A stretch of 64,000 nt of DNA from an uncultured Actinomycetes bacterium (GCA_963835425.1 CAWIGE010000019.1:132925-196924); one strand, 5' to 3'; positions 10,373 through 20,488 are shown, numbered from the stretch's first letter. Notes: a model not told the origin generated them from the letters alone. Numbers and translations: made by a program.

Positions 10373-10923
10373 CGCGACCCTCCCTCCGCCGGCGCGCCTC
10401 CGCGCAGCGCCGCCCGCAGCAGCCGCCGGGCCCGGTGGGCACGGCTTTTCACCGTGCCCGGCGGGACCCCCAGCAGCGCCGCCACCTCCGCCACCGGGCG
10501 GTCCTCCACATACAGGAGCCGCCACACCTCGCGTTCGGGGTCCCCTGGCGGCCCGAGCGCGGCGACCGCGGCCGCCAGGTCCACCCGGGCCAGCGCCACC
10601 TCCGCCGGGTCGGCCGCCTGCCGTGCGCCCGCCGTGACCTCCTCGGGCAGCGCGGCCGCGGCCGGGCCACGGCGGCGCAGGAGCAGCGCGGCCTGCCTGC
10701 GGGCGATGCCCCACAGCCATCCCCCCGCCGCGCCGCCGGGCCGGTAGCCACGCGCGCCACGCCATACCGCGAGGAACGTCTCCTGCAGGACGTCCTCCAC
10801 CTCGGCGGCGGGCAGCATCGCCCGCAGCCGGGCCGCCAGCCACGGCGCGTGCCGGGAGAACAGCTCCCGCAGCGCCGTGTCGTCGCCGGCCGCTACCCGG
10901 GCGACCAGCCCGTCGTCGTCCAT
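10369..10923 (-). CDS. ECF-type RNA polymerase sigma-70 family factor
   Basis: 184 aa. Region 2 (..VEDVLQETFLAVWRGA..) and a region 4 helix-turn-helix (..EVAALLGVPPGTVKSRAHRARRLL..). Confidence 0.9.
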   Translation of the reverse strand: MDDDGLVARVAAGDDTALRELFSRHAPWLAARLRAMLPAAEVEDVLQETFLAVWRGARGYRPGGAAGGWLWGIARRQAALLLRRRGPAAAALPEEVTAGARQAADPAEVALARVDLAAAVAALGPPGDPEREVWRLLYVEDRPVAEVAALLGVPPGTVKSRAHRARRLLRAALRGGAPAEGGSR

Positions 10924-11023
10924 CGCCCTTCTATTGCACTCCAGCGGCGGCCGGTTCGCGCCAGCCGTTATGTATCCCGTGACGCGGCAAGGGCCGGCCG
11001 GGTGAAGCGGTGACGGCGCCGGG

Positions 11024-11260
11024 CTACTGCCGGAGGAGGCTGGCGGCGGCCAGTAACCGGGCGAGCGGGCCGGGAGCCGCGCCGGTGGCGGAGGCAAGCT
11101 CCTCCGCCGTCCGTGCCGTCTCGCCCAGCTGATCGGGCACGCCCAGCAGGGCCATGACCCGGGCCACCTGCGGGGCGATGTACCCGTCGAGCAACCGCGC
11201 CAGCTGGCGGCCCTCATCGTCCACGGCCACCACGGCGTAATGAGACGTTTCCTCTGCCAT
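11024..11260 (-). pseudogene. Fragment resembling the N-terminal dimerisation/winged-helix domain of an O-methyltransferase
   Basis: 78-aa ORF: ..LLDGYIAPQVARVMALLGVPDQLGETARTAEELASATGAAPGPLARLL... No methyltransferase domain follows it. Confidence 0.45.
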
Positions 11261-11715
11261 GAGGCGCCCCTTTCCGGCCGGGTTGGCGAATCGGTCCATC
11301 CTGGCACGGCGGGCCCGGCAACGTCGATCGGGCGTTGACATGCACCGGCCACAGATGAACGCGGGCTGTATAGCGGGCATCTGGCGGGGATTTCGACCTC
11401 CAAATCCACCGCCGCTGACGCATTGGCTTCTCCGGGCTGGCATTATGGGATGTGATGAGTAACGCAAGTTCCCGCCGCTTTCCCGTGACCGTTACGCATC
11501 TCCCGGTCATGCGCTGCCAGATCTGTCACCGCACCGTCGCGTACCGGCCCGGCAAAGCGAGCGAAGTCCTAACCGAGCACTACCGGCGGGCCCACCCCAA
11601 GGCACTCGAACGGCCTTCCCGGTAGGGAAGCCGGCCCCGGGGTTCCCCGGTTCCCGGCCGTCTGCGGCGGCACGGGCGATAGCGCCATGCCTTGCGCTGG
11701 GCCGATATCTGCGAA

Positions 11716-12117
11716 TCAGTTTTCGCGCTTCAGCTTTCGCCAGCCGCCGGCCCGGTTGTTGGCAATGATTTGCCTGAACATGGCGGAGAGGGCGGGCGCA
11801 TTGATGGTTTCGCCCTGGCGGATGGCCACGGTGCGGGCGGTCTTGTTGTCATGGCCGCCGGTGATGATCCCTTCGGGATCGGGAACGATGCCGCCGTCAT
11901 AGAGAAAAACGTTGACGTGGTCCTTGGCAGCCAGCAGCGCGCAGATGTTGCCCTGCAGCACGAAGTACGGCTGGCGGGTGCGCTTGATGGTTTCGGCGAC
12001 CCCGGCACCGGCGCCGTGGACCAGGTCGCGTACCTCGCGGCAGATGGCCTGCTGCCAGGCGGGCAGGGCATCGATATAGGCGTCCACTTGCGGGTCAGCG
12101 GTGTATGTCATGGTCAT
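11716..12117 (-). CDS. DUF1801 (YdhG-like) domain protein
   Basis: 133 aa. ..VDAYIDALPAWQQAICREVRDLV.. and ..HVNVFLYDG.. match the pattern of this family. Confidence 0.8.
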   Translation of the reverse strand: MTMTYTADPQVDAYIDALPAWQQAICREVRDLVHGAGAGVAETIKRTRQPYFVLQGNICALLAAKDHVNVFLYDGGIVPDPEGIITGGHDNKTARTVAIRQGETINAPALSAMFRQIIANNRAGGWRKLKREN

Positions 12118-12161
12118 CCCCCACCCTAGCTGAGGCGGGGCGGACGACGTAGCGTGGCGCC

Positions 12162-12801
12162 GTGACCGCCGATGATCTTCCCCTGCCCACGTTGCTGTCG
12201 CGGCTGCTGATCGCGTTCACCATCGAGTTCGACAACGAGGCCGAGCGCCGGCTGGAGCACCGCACGACGCGGGGCGCGGCGGGCGACGGCGGCCGCGGCC
12301 CCTGGCTGGTGTCGCAGGCGATGTGGGCCAATTTCATGCAGTTCGTCGGCGGGGATGGGGTACCGCTGCACGAGGTTGACGACCTCGCCGGCATCACCAA
12401 CCTGGCCGGCCTGCAGCGGTGGGGCTACATCAGGGTCGGGCCGGACCCCGCGGACGGGCGAGCAGGCGCCGCCGCGCCGCGACTGGATCGTCAGGCCCAC
12501 CCGCGCCGGCCGCCGGGCGCAGGAGATGTGGGAACCGCTGGCGGGCATCATCGAGGACCGCTGGCGCGCCCGGTTCGGCGGCCCGGCGATCACCGCCATG
12601 CGGGACGCGCTGCAGGCACCAGCCAGCCATCTCGGCGCGGGGCTGCCGCGCTACCTGCCGGTCGTGAAGCACGAGATGTTCGCCGACGTCGCGCGCCTCC
12701 GGTCGCGGCCGCCCGCCGGCGGAGGCTCACCGGCCGACCTGTCGGTGCTCCTGTCCCAGGTGCTGCTCGCGTTCACCCGCGGGTGGCCCGACGGCAGCTG
12801 A
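12162..12801 (+). pseudogene. Winged-helix (MarR-like) regulator, frameshifted and probably 3'-truncated
   Basis: The N-terminal frame (..LLSRLLIAFTIEFDNEAE..GLQRWGYIRVGPDPADG) continues sensibly only in another frame (..EQAPPRRDWIVRPTRAGRRAQEMW..LLSQVLLAFT). The junction is at about 12446-12460 in C/G runs. Confidence 0.6.
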
Positions 12802-12864
12802 GCGGCCGATGCCGTTGATCCCGCCGGGCTGGGCTGCGCCGTGCCGCCGGGGCAAGATGGAGCC

Positions 12865-13268
12865 GTGATCGGACGCCTTCACCACGTGATCGTCAACTGT
12901 CCGACCCGGCTGCGCTTGCGGGGTTCTATGCCGAGCTCCTCGGCCTGCCAATCACCTGGCAAGAGGACGACTTTGCCGTCGTCGCCCGGAATGACAAATC
13001 CTCGGGCATCGGGTTCCAGCTGGCGCCCGATTTCCAGCCGCCGCAGTGGCCCGACCCAAGCCGGCCGCAGCAGATCCATTTCGACGTCATGGTCAACGAC
13101 GTCAACGCCGCCGAGCCGCGCGTGCTGGCGCTGGGTGCCCGGCGTCTGACGGGCGGGGACGGCGGCTCACGGGTATATGCGGATCCGGCCGGGCATCCTT
13201 TCTGCCTCATACCCCGTCCGGGCTGGGCGGCGCCCATCGGCGGTGCGCCGGGCAGGGAGTCAACATGA
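12865..13268 (+). pseudogene. VOC/glyoxalase-family protein with a 1-nt frameshift
   Basis: VIGRLHHVIVNCP in frame 1 continues as DPAALAGFYAELLGLPITWQEDDFAVVARNDKSSGIGFQLAPDF..HFDVMVNDV..DPAGHPFCLI in a second frame. One nt is missing at about 12901-12903. The stop overlaps the next gene's start. Confidence 0.75.
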
Positions 13269-14099
13269 CCGACCGGCCAGCGATCCTCATCACCGGCGCC
13301 ACCGACGGCCTGGGCCGGGCCCTGGCCCAGGCGCTCGCCGCCGACGGGGCAACCCTGATCCTGCACGGCCGGGACCAGGGAAGACTCGACCGCATCGCCG
13401 ATGACATCGTCAGTCCCGGCGGGGCGGACCGGCCCCCGCACCGTCCTGGCCGACCTGGCCGACCTGGCCCAGGTGCGCAGGCTCGCCGCCGACGTGCGGC
13501 AGGCAACCGACCGGCTCGACGTGCTCGTGAGCAACGCGGGCATCGGCGGCGGCCAGCCCGACGGGAACGATCGCCGCACCAGCGCCGACGGGTACGAGCT
13601 GCGGTTCGCCGTGAACTACCTCGCCGGGTTCCTGCTCACCCTGGAGCTGCTCCCGCTGCTGCGGGCGTCGGCGCCGGCCCGCATCGTCAACGTCGCCTCC
13701 GTCGGCCAGTTCCCGCTCGATTTCAGCGACCTGATGCTCGAACGCGGCTACAGCGGGATCCGTGCCTACGGCCAGAGCAAGCTCGCCCAGATCATGTCCG
13801 GGTTCGAGCTGGCCGGCCGCGTGCCCGCCGGCGAAGTCACCGTCAACAGCCTGCACCCGTCAACCTACATGCCCACCAAGATCGTCATGGATGAGATCGG
13901 GCACAGCATCGACAGCCTTGACGACGGTGTCGCGGCGACCCGGAGGCTGGTCAGCGACCCCGCCCTCACCCAGGTCACCGGCCGGTTCTACGATCGGGCC
14001 CGCGAGGCACGGGCAAACGCCCAGGCGTACGACGAACGCGCCCGCGCCGAGCTCTGGAACCGCAGCCTGCAGCTCACCGGGCAGACCGAACCGGCCTGA
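13265..14099 (+). pseudogene. Short-chain dehydrogenase/reductase (SDR) with a frameshift in a C5 run
   Basis: The N-terminus ILITGATDGLGRALA (TGxxxGxG) is in one frame. The catalytic part (..NAGIGG.., YGQSKLA = YxxxK) is in another. The junction lies at the C-run 13433-13437. Confidence 0.8.
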
Positions 14100-14184
14100 C
14101 GTTCCCCGGCGGTAGGCCCGCCAAGGTATCTGGAGGGCCGGGGCCGCTCACGCACCAGGACGGCTGGCCGCGGGTCAGCCGGGT

Positions 14185-14451
14185 TCAGCCGCCGCTCTTG
14201 CGGCGGAACGAGCGCCGCTGGCGCGCCGGGCCGTGCGCACCGTGGATCTTCCCGGTGTCCTTGCCCCCGCGGCCGCGGCCGGTGCCCGCCTCCTTGGCAC
14301 GCTTGCGTTCCAGCGCCTCGCGGAACTTGCGCCTCGCCTCGTCCTCGGCATCCGCCCCGTCGCCGGGGCTCATCTTGTCCCCGGGGCCAGCCCCGCTCGT
14401 GGGAGCCGCCTCGCTCTCAGGACCTTCCGGCCCCGACGCCGTGTCAGCCAT
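14185..14451 (-). CDS. Small conserved actinobacterial protein (DUF5302-like)
   Basis: 88 aa and charged: ..KFREALERKRAKE..IHGAHGPARQRRSFRRKSGG. Assigned from recalled family features. Confidence 0.6.
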   Translation of the reverse strand: MADTASGPEGPESEAAPTSGAGPGDKMSPGDGADAEDEARRKFREALERKRAKEAGTGRGRGGKDTGKIHGAHGPARQRRSFRRKSGG

Positions 14452-14549
14452 GCCGGCCTCCTACCGCCTGCGGATAGTCCCAAGCCTCGCACATCCGGCC
14501 GCGCCGGACCGCAGGCCATTCCGGTGTCCCGCGGCCGCCGGGTCCGGGA

Positions 14550-15167
14550 TCAGAACGGGATGAAGGGCAAGCGCGCGCCGGCCGCCTCCGCGCTGACCGT
14601 GGCATCCGGCGGTGCCTCCCGCCGGATCTGCTCGGCGAGTTCGCGGGCGTCAACCTCGTTGTTGGCGCCGACAACCAGGAACTTCCAGCGCTGGATGACC
14701 GTCCGGCCCTCGCTGCGCAGCTTGTCCGCCAGCGCGACCGCCTCATGGCGTGACGGGAACTCGACCCTGGCCTCCCACTGCGCGGCCCCGGCAGCCAGGG
14801 ATTCGGCGGTTTCGGCGTCCTCCAGCCGCTGGTGCTCGGCCTGGCGCTCGGCCTCGGTCCGCGGCAGCGCGACGTCCGGGTCCTCCCACTCCTCCTCGAT
14901 GGGGTGCCAGCGGTGCAGGGCGAACTCGGCCTGGATGCCCTGGCTGGCCAGGACGTCGCGGGCGACCCGCTCGGCGTCCCTGGCCGCGTTCTCGGTGCCC
15001 GCATACAGGAAGACCTGTGAGTCACCCGCGCCGATGGCGACGCTGCGGCCAAGCTGGCGGCGGACGTCTTCTTCCACCTCATGCGCGGAAAAGGACTGCC
15101 GCGCCCGCTCGAGGTGGGCCGGGTCGGTCAGTGAGATCGTCACACGCCAGTCGTTGCTGTCTGCCAC
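14550..15167 (-). CDS. Conserved hypothetical protein
   Basis: 205-aa ORF with good coding character and an acidic repeat-like two-halves organisation. No family recognised. Confidence 0.55.
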   Translation of the reverse strand: MADSNDWRVTISLTDPAHLERARQSFSAHEVEEDVRRQLGRSVAIGAGDSQVFLYAGTENAARDAERVARDVLASQGIQAEFALHRWHPIEEEWEDPDVALPRTEAERQAEHQRLEDAETAESLAAGAAQWEARVEFPSRHEAVALADKLRSEGRTVIQRWKFLVVGANNEVDARELAEQIRREAPPDATVSAEAAGARLPFIPF

Positions 15168-15339
15168 GCCGTGACTCTAGTGCACCTGCCTGTAATTCCA
15201 TAAGGCTCCTCGCCAGATGGCGAGCGACTCCCGGGCCAGCTTAGATTAGGTACGCACGAGTTGATTCTTTTTAGACAATTATCTGGTGACAGCAAGGCAG
15301 CGAGAGCTATCCGCGGGGTAGCGCCGCCCCTGCTACTCT

Positions 15340-16151
15340 GCGCAGACTGCTGAACGGAGCTCGGACGAGAAAGCGCTGCTGCCGTGACGCGATGCGGCGA
15401 CGATTGCTGACGTTGTGGAGCCTGGGCACATGGGCGCGGTGCTGGTTGTTCATGAAACGGGAGACGTCAGAAGGGCAGGGCAGTGCGCGTGCAGCGCCAG
15501 TATTCCGGCACCGCGGGGCGGGTAGAACTGCAGTTGCGGTGTTCTTGTCTACGCTGCGCCGGCGGGCACGCGCTGATTGACGGAACTGTACTGCCAGTCC
15601 TGGACGCTGATCCGCGTGCGCCGCGCGGCCCGCGGCGTCGCACAAGCGAAGTTGGCCGCGCTGACGCGGCGCTGGATACGGGCACCGCGCTGTCACGGCG
15701 ATGAGTGTACGGCGCGGACGGCTGCGCGCTGATGGAGGCCGCAGACGGCTAGTGCTGGCGGTGGCAGCACCGGTGACAGCGCGGCCTGCAGTCGGAAGAC
15801 GCCGCCGGCCGCGGCTGGCAGCGCTACCGGGTGCGGGCGCCAAGGGACACGCCACGACGGCGGGAGAGGCAGCGTCACGCTGGCTGCTGACGCGCACCGC
15901 ACACAGAGCTGGCGACCGCTGCACAGCCGCGCCAGACGCTGCCGCCTGCAGATCGCGGGGACGCGCGACAAGGAGACCAGGCCGGCAGGCAACTGGGCTC
16001 GACGAGCCCAGTCCGCCGGTGGGACCCTGGTACCGCTGGACCACCTGGCCATGCTCGCCTGGCCTCCTCACCATCACCGCCGCCGTCGAGCCACCACCGC
16101 CCCAGCCGATCAGATCCCTCACCGCACGAATCGCCGCCTGTTCAGCCGCTG
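15340..16151 (+). pseudogene. IS701-family DDE transposase remnant (5'-truncated, multiply frameshifted)
   Basis: Family landmarks are scattered over the three frames: LRRLLNGAR, RDAATIADVVEPGHMGAVLVVHETGDV, VQRQYSGTAGRVE, GHALIDxxLxLP, and a C-terminal ..IPHRTNRRLFSR (the typical IPLTxxEIRRL). Confidence 0.6.
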
Positions 16152-16213
16152 ATCTCGAGCCAGCGCGAGACGCCGGCCCGGCTGCGTGGTCGACTGCGGC
16201 GGCGGGAGAGGAC

Positions 16214-17556
16214 CTAGAGGGGGCTGGCGGGGGCGGGCCGGTGCCGGCCAGGGGACCCGCGGGCGCCGCGGTGATGGGCGCGGCGGCGTGGGTCACGTCG
16301 CGAGGGGGCGACACCGGGCAGGTGCGCCCCGGCGCGGCGGTGCGTGACGCCAGCCGGGGTGACCGGCGTGATCCCGCCGCCGAGTCTGGCGGCGATGCTG
16401 GCCGCCGCGGACAGGTCGCGGTGGCCGGTGAACTGGCAGGCCGGGCAGGCCAGCACCCGCCCTGCGGGCTTGGGAATCCGGGACCGGCAGGCCGGGCAGG
16501 TGGAGGAGGTGCCGCGCTCGTCCACCAGAGCCAGGCCGATCCCGGCCACCTCGGCCTTGTCGGCCAGGACGGTGATCAGGTGGCCGATCCGCCAGTCACG
16601 GGTGCGCTGGTTATGCCGCCGCCCCGCGTCCAGGTTCAGCACGCCGCGGGGATCGCCGACGGCCAGGGTGCCGGCCCGCCGCGCCACCGCCCAGCCGATC
16701 ACCGCCGTGGCGGCTTCGTGCTGGGCCTGGCGGACCCGCCGCCGGTGCCGCGCCTCCACCAAGCGCTGGCGGCGCCGGTAGTGCCGCCACCGCCGCGAGC
16801 CCTTCTGCCCGGGCTTGGGCGCGCGGCGAGCGGCCGCCCGGGCACGGGCTTTGCGGTCGGCTAGGTGCATCCGGTGCTCGGCGCGGATCGCCCGCCCCGA
16901 CACCAGCAGCCCTTGGCCATCCGGCCCGGCCACCGCATACGGGTGGATGATCCCCAGATCTACCCCTGCCACCCGGGCGGGGTCCGGTTCCTGCCCGGCT
17001 GGGTAGCAGGCGACCGGCACCTCGGCGGTCACATCGACCCACAGCCGCCCGGCGTCATATAGCAGGGTGACAGACCGGACCAGCTCGGGCGGGTAGGGCA
17101 GATCCCGGTCCAGCCGTACCCACAGCGGCGGGCGGCCGTGGGCCACTGGGATCCGCAGCCGCCGCCCAGTGAGCGTGAACCTGTCGTGGTACCAGCGCAC
17201 CGGCATCAGTGCCCGCCGCCGCCGCGGGAACCGCGCCGACCTACCACCCTCCCGGCGGCGCTGGGCGGCGGCAAACCAGGCGTCGGAATAGCGGCGCAGC
17301 ACCGACCGGGCGCCGGTGGTGTCCAGCTCCCCGAAGGCAGCCGGGCCCGGACGCGGCCAGCTCCCGGCACAGCTCCTGATAGGAGACCAGCGGGCGGTCC
17401 TGCCGGGCCCGCCGCCACGCGTTCAGCTCCAGCACACACGCCCACACATCACCCCCAGAGACCAGCAACCCCAGCAGCCGTCGCCGCTGCCCCCGGGTAA
17501 CACGCAGCCCCGCCCGGGCAGTGGGGTGCACCACCTTCGGCGATCGTGGGCTGCGG
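16214..17556 (-). pseudogene. tnpB: TnpB (IS200/IS605-family RNA-guided nuclease) with one frameshift and no adjacent tnpA
   Basis: RuvC motif and Zn finger are present: ..VAGVDLGI.., ..VDERGTSSTCPACRSRIPKPAGRVLACPACQFTGHRDLSAAASIA... The N-terminal 74 aa (MPRRRSPRSPKVVHPTARAGLRVTRGQRRRL..) are in another frame. Junction at about 17335-17345. Confidence 0.85.
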
Positions 17557-17673
17557 CGCCGTGGCATGCATCCAGCGCACCAGCCGACACCGACAAAACC
17601 ACCCCAGAACACGCTGACATAGCACGCACTAACGATCTTTGGTCGCGAGGTTGTGGACGTTTGGGTCAAGTTT

Positions 17674-19282
17674 TCAGGCGGCGCGGGGCAGGCGGGCCCG
17701 GGTGGCGTAGTCGTTGACGTGGCGGGTGATGGCGGCGAGCGCGGTGCGAAGTTCGGGTGGTGCCTGGGGCTGGTTGGCGGCGGTGAGGGGGACCAGGAGG
17801 CGGTTGTAGATCTTGGTGTAGAAGACGGCGATGCGGATGCCGTCGCTCGGTCAGGGTGTAGCGGTTGGTGTGCGGGAGCCTGCGGATCAGCCCGTTGAGG
17901 CGGAGCCGGCGCAGGTCGTAGGTCATCTGCCCGGGGCTGTAGGCGCTGCCGAGCAGCCCGGCGATCAAGACACGGAGGTTCTTGTTGGTGAAGCCGGTCG
18001 CGGCGAGCAGCGTCTGGCACAAGGCACCGGCCAGGGCCATGACCCGAGGATCGCCGAAGCGTAGCGCCGGGGTCCTCCGCCCCTCCGCGTCCACGGAGGG
18101 GTGCGCGATCCGCTCAAAGGCTGGGCTCGCAAGGACGGTGCCCTGGCCGGCACGTTCGGCATCCAGTATGCGCCGGTTGGCGGCGCGGGCTTTGGCCTGG
18201 AGCTCGTCCAGGTTGGGCAGGCGGGCGTTGCAGCCCAGGTCGCGGGGGGAGTTGACGACGGTCTCGATCCGCATCGCCCGGCCGTCCTTGAGGTACTGCT
18301 TGATCCGGGAGTGCTTGTAGAACACGTTGACCAGGACGCCGCCGTTGTCGCGGCGGTCGATCGCGGTCCGGAACACGCCCCGGGTGTCGCGGCGGACCTT
18401 GCGGGCGAAGATGATCTCGACGTTGTGCGGGCGGCCGATGTCGAGGTTGTCGGCGACCAGCGCCTCGAAGAAGCCACGAACATGGCGCGGGGCATCGAAG
18501 ACAAGGGTGCGGGAGATCTCCACCTGCCGCATCGAGATCTCCCGCCAGTAGCCGGCGTCATGGTCTCGGGTGGTGAACGGCAAGGGCAGCTGGTGCAGCC
18601 ACCGCTGGGCGAACACCTCGATGGTGCCCGGGCCCAGCCGGTCACAGATCACCTGCAGGGCAGCCGGGTCGTCGCAGGCGGCGAACCCGTTGGACAGCGC
18701 GGTGAACCCGAGCCCAGCCTTGTCGGCCTGGCGCTTGACCCACTCGTGCCCGTTGAGCCAGATCTTGGCTGGATACGGGAAGTAGGCGCAGACCTTGATG
18801 AACGCCGCGCCGAAGCCGGCGTCCCACAGGTAGAAGTAGTAGCAGGTCACCCGCCGGTCTGATTTGACGAACGACCACCGCGGCGTCCCGGTGGAGGTCT
18901 TGCCCTCATAAGCGGTCCACACCCGCTGGAACTCCTGGGCCACGCCGATCGCCGCCACCCCGGACCGGCCGGTGGATGCCTGCCGGGCCAGATACGGCGC
19001 CATCACCTCCAGCTTGGCCTCGCCCTTGCCGAACCTGACCCACGGGATGCCGTTGGCGTCGGCGAAGGATGCCACCGACTTGCGGAACCGCTCGCCGAGC
19101 TGCCGGAACAGCACCGGCGAGGGGAAGGGGAAGCCCAGGTGCCCGGAGAGGAATGCCACCACCTGCGCGCTGGTCTGCAGGATCGGCACGTAGGCGTTGA
19201 GATAGATCCGGTCCAGGCACTCAATGTCTAGCGTCACGTGCCCGTCGAGCACGTCGTTCACCGTGATGACCCGCTGCGCCAT
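17674..19282 (-). pseudogene. Conserved actinobacterial protein of unknown function (mobile-element context), frameshifted near the 3' end
   Basis: 538-aa track ORF MAQRVITVNDVLDGHVTLDIECLDRIYLNAYVP... After ..NRYTLT the track frame is low-complexity. A second frame reads DGIRIAVFYTKIYNRLLVPLTAANQP..ITRHVNDYATRARLPRAA*, with the junction at about 17843-17850. Confidence 0.5.
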
Positions 19283-19321
19283 GCCACCAGCGTGCGCTCA
19301 TCGCGGCGCAGCCGCGATCCC

Positions 19322-19415
19322 CTGAGGCCAGGCTCGGACCGATGCCCAGCCACCCGCCACCTGCACCGATCACCCCAGGCCAGCCACACGCTCGGCGGTC
19401 CGAGGCTGGCCTCAG
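19322..19415. repeat. Long inverted repeat (19/20 nt arms, 54-nt spacer) just upstream of the 538-aa gene
   Basis: ctgaggccaggctcggaccg (19322-19341) pairs with cggtccgaggctggcctcag (19396-19415). There is one mismatch. Confidence 0.7.
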
Positions 19416-19503
19416 TAGTACACCGGCATACTCCCAGCCACGACCACCAGCACACCGGCGATGGGTCCAGCCGGGCGCGGTCATCGCCCGCGATGGCGGG
19501 TAG

Positions 19504-20442
19504 GTGGCCCTTATGGCCGATGTGGAAAACGGACCAGGCGAGGCTCAGCAGGCGGCCGGGGACGCCATCCCAGAGCGGGCGCCGGACCTGGCTTCCGGGG
19601 ACGCCATCCCGGAACAGGTAGGCGACCTGGCGGCCGAGGACGCCATCGTGGAACGGGCCGCCGAGTTGGCCACCGAGGTCACCGAGGCAGACAAGGCGGC
19701 CGACCGGCGCCGGCTGACGGCCTCGCTGGCCGCGGCCGCGCGTTCGGGCGCGCGGGTAACCGGCCGCGGGGTACGCGCGGCCCGGCGCGGCATGGGTTCG
19801 GCCCGCCGTGGGATGGGCTCGGCCCGCCAGCGCATGGGCTCAGCCCGGCGGGGCATGGGCTCGGGCGGGGGACGCCTGACCAGGCAGGTCGTCGCCATGG
19901 CCCAGCGGCTGCGGATACGGGACCAGGCGGCGCTGCGCGCGCAGTTCCCGGGGAAGTCCTCCGAGGAGATCGCCGACGCGCTGATCGAGGGGGCGGCGCT
20001 GGCGTCGGCGACGGTCGGCGGGGCGGTGGGGGCGTGGGCGGCGCTGCCGGCCCTGCCCGCCTATCCGGTGGAGGTGGCGACCGAGACGCTGGCCCTGATC
20101 GGAATCGAGATCAAGCTGGTGGCGGAGCTGCATGAGGCGTACGGCACGCCCGCCACCGGCACTCCCGTGGAGCGGATGACCGCCTACGTCGCGGCGTGGG
20201 CGCACCGCCGTGGCGTCTTCATGGTTCCGACCGGGCTGGTCCTGGCCGCCGGATCCCCGCTGGCGCGGCGGCTGCGCTGGCGGCTCGCCAGCCGCATGAG
20301 CAGGAGCGCCTTCTCGCTGGGCCCGCTGCTCACCGGCGCTTTCGCGGGTGCCATGCTCAATCGCCAGGAGACGCGCCGGCTTGGCCATAGTGTCCGCACC
20401 GACCTGCGCCGACAGGTACAACAGGGGGGCGGCACCGGATGA
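19504..20442 (+). CDS. Hypothetical protein with two in-frame tandem-repeat blocks
   Basis: 312-aa ORF. The C-terminal half is a conserved-looking hydrophobic/helical domain. The N-terminal half carries the repeats listed separately. Confidence 0.6.
   Translation: MALMADVENGPGEAQQAAGDAIPERAPDLASGDAIPEQVGDLAAEDAIVERAAELATEVTEADKAADRRRLTASLAAAARSGARVTGRGVRAARRGMGSARRGMGSARQRMGSARRGMGSGGGRLTRQVVAMAQRLRIRDQAALRAQFPGKSSEEIADALIEGAALASATVGGAVGAWAALPALPAYPVEVATETLALIGIEIKLVAELHEAYGTPATGTPVERMTAYVAAWAHRRGVFMVPTGLVLAAGSPLARRLRWRLASRMSRSAFSLGPLLTGAFAGAMLNRQETRRLGHSVRTDLRRQVQQGGGTG
19558..19674 (+). repeat. 39-bp tandem repeat x3 (coding GDAIPERAPDLAS / GDAIPEQVGDLAA / EDAIVERAAELAT)
   Basis: Read directly from the sequence. 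The units are in frame with the 19504 ORF. Confidence 0.9.
19790..19873 (+). repeat. 21-bp tandem repeat x4 (coding ARRGMGS-like units)
   Basis: gcccggcgcggcatgggttcg and three near-identical successive units, all in frame. Confidence 0.9.
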
Positions 20443-20488
20443 GCGAGCTGGCCCGAGGCAGCAGCTCCACCGCGGAAAGGGAGTAGCC

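Noticed and set aside
10924-11023. Search for an ECF-type autoregulatory promoter (GGAAC-N16/17-CGTT) upstream of the sigma gene.
   Set aside because: Only a weak GAAC is present, with no properly spaced -10 element. This is not supportable from the sequence.
15307-16864. Long ORFs 15307..16314(-) and 15701..16864(+).
   Set aside because: Their composition is low-complexity. The region is better explained by an IS701-like transposase remnant (plus strand, multiple frames) and the tnpB 3' end.
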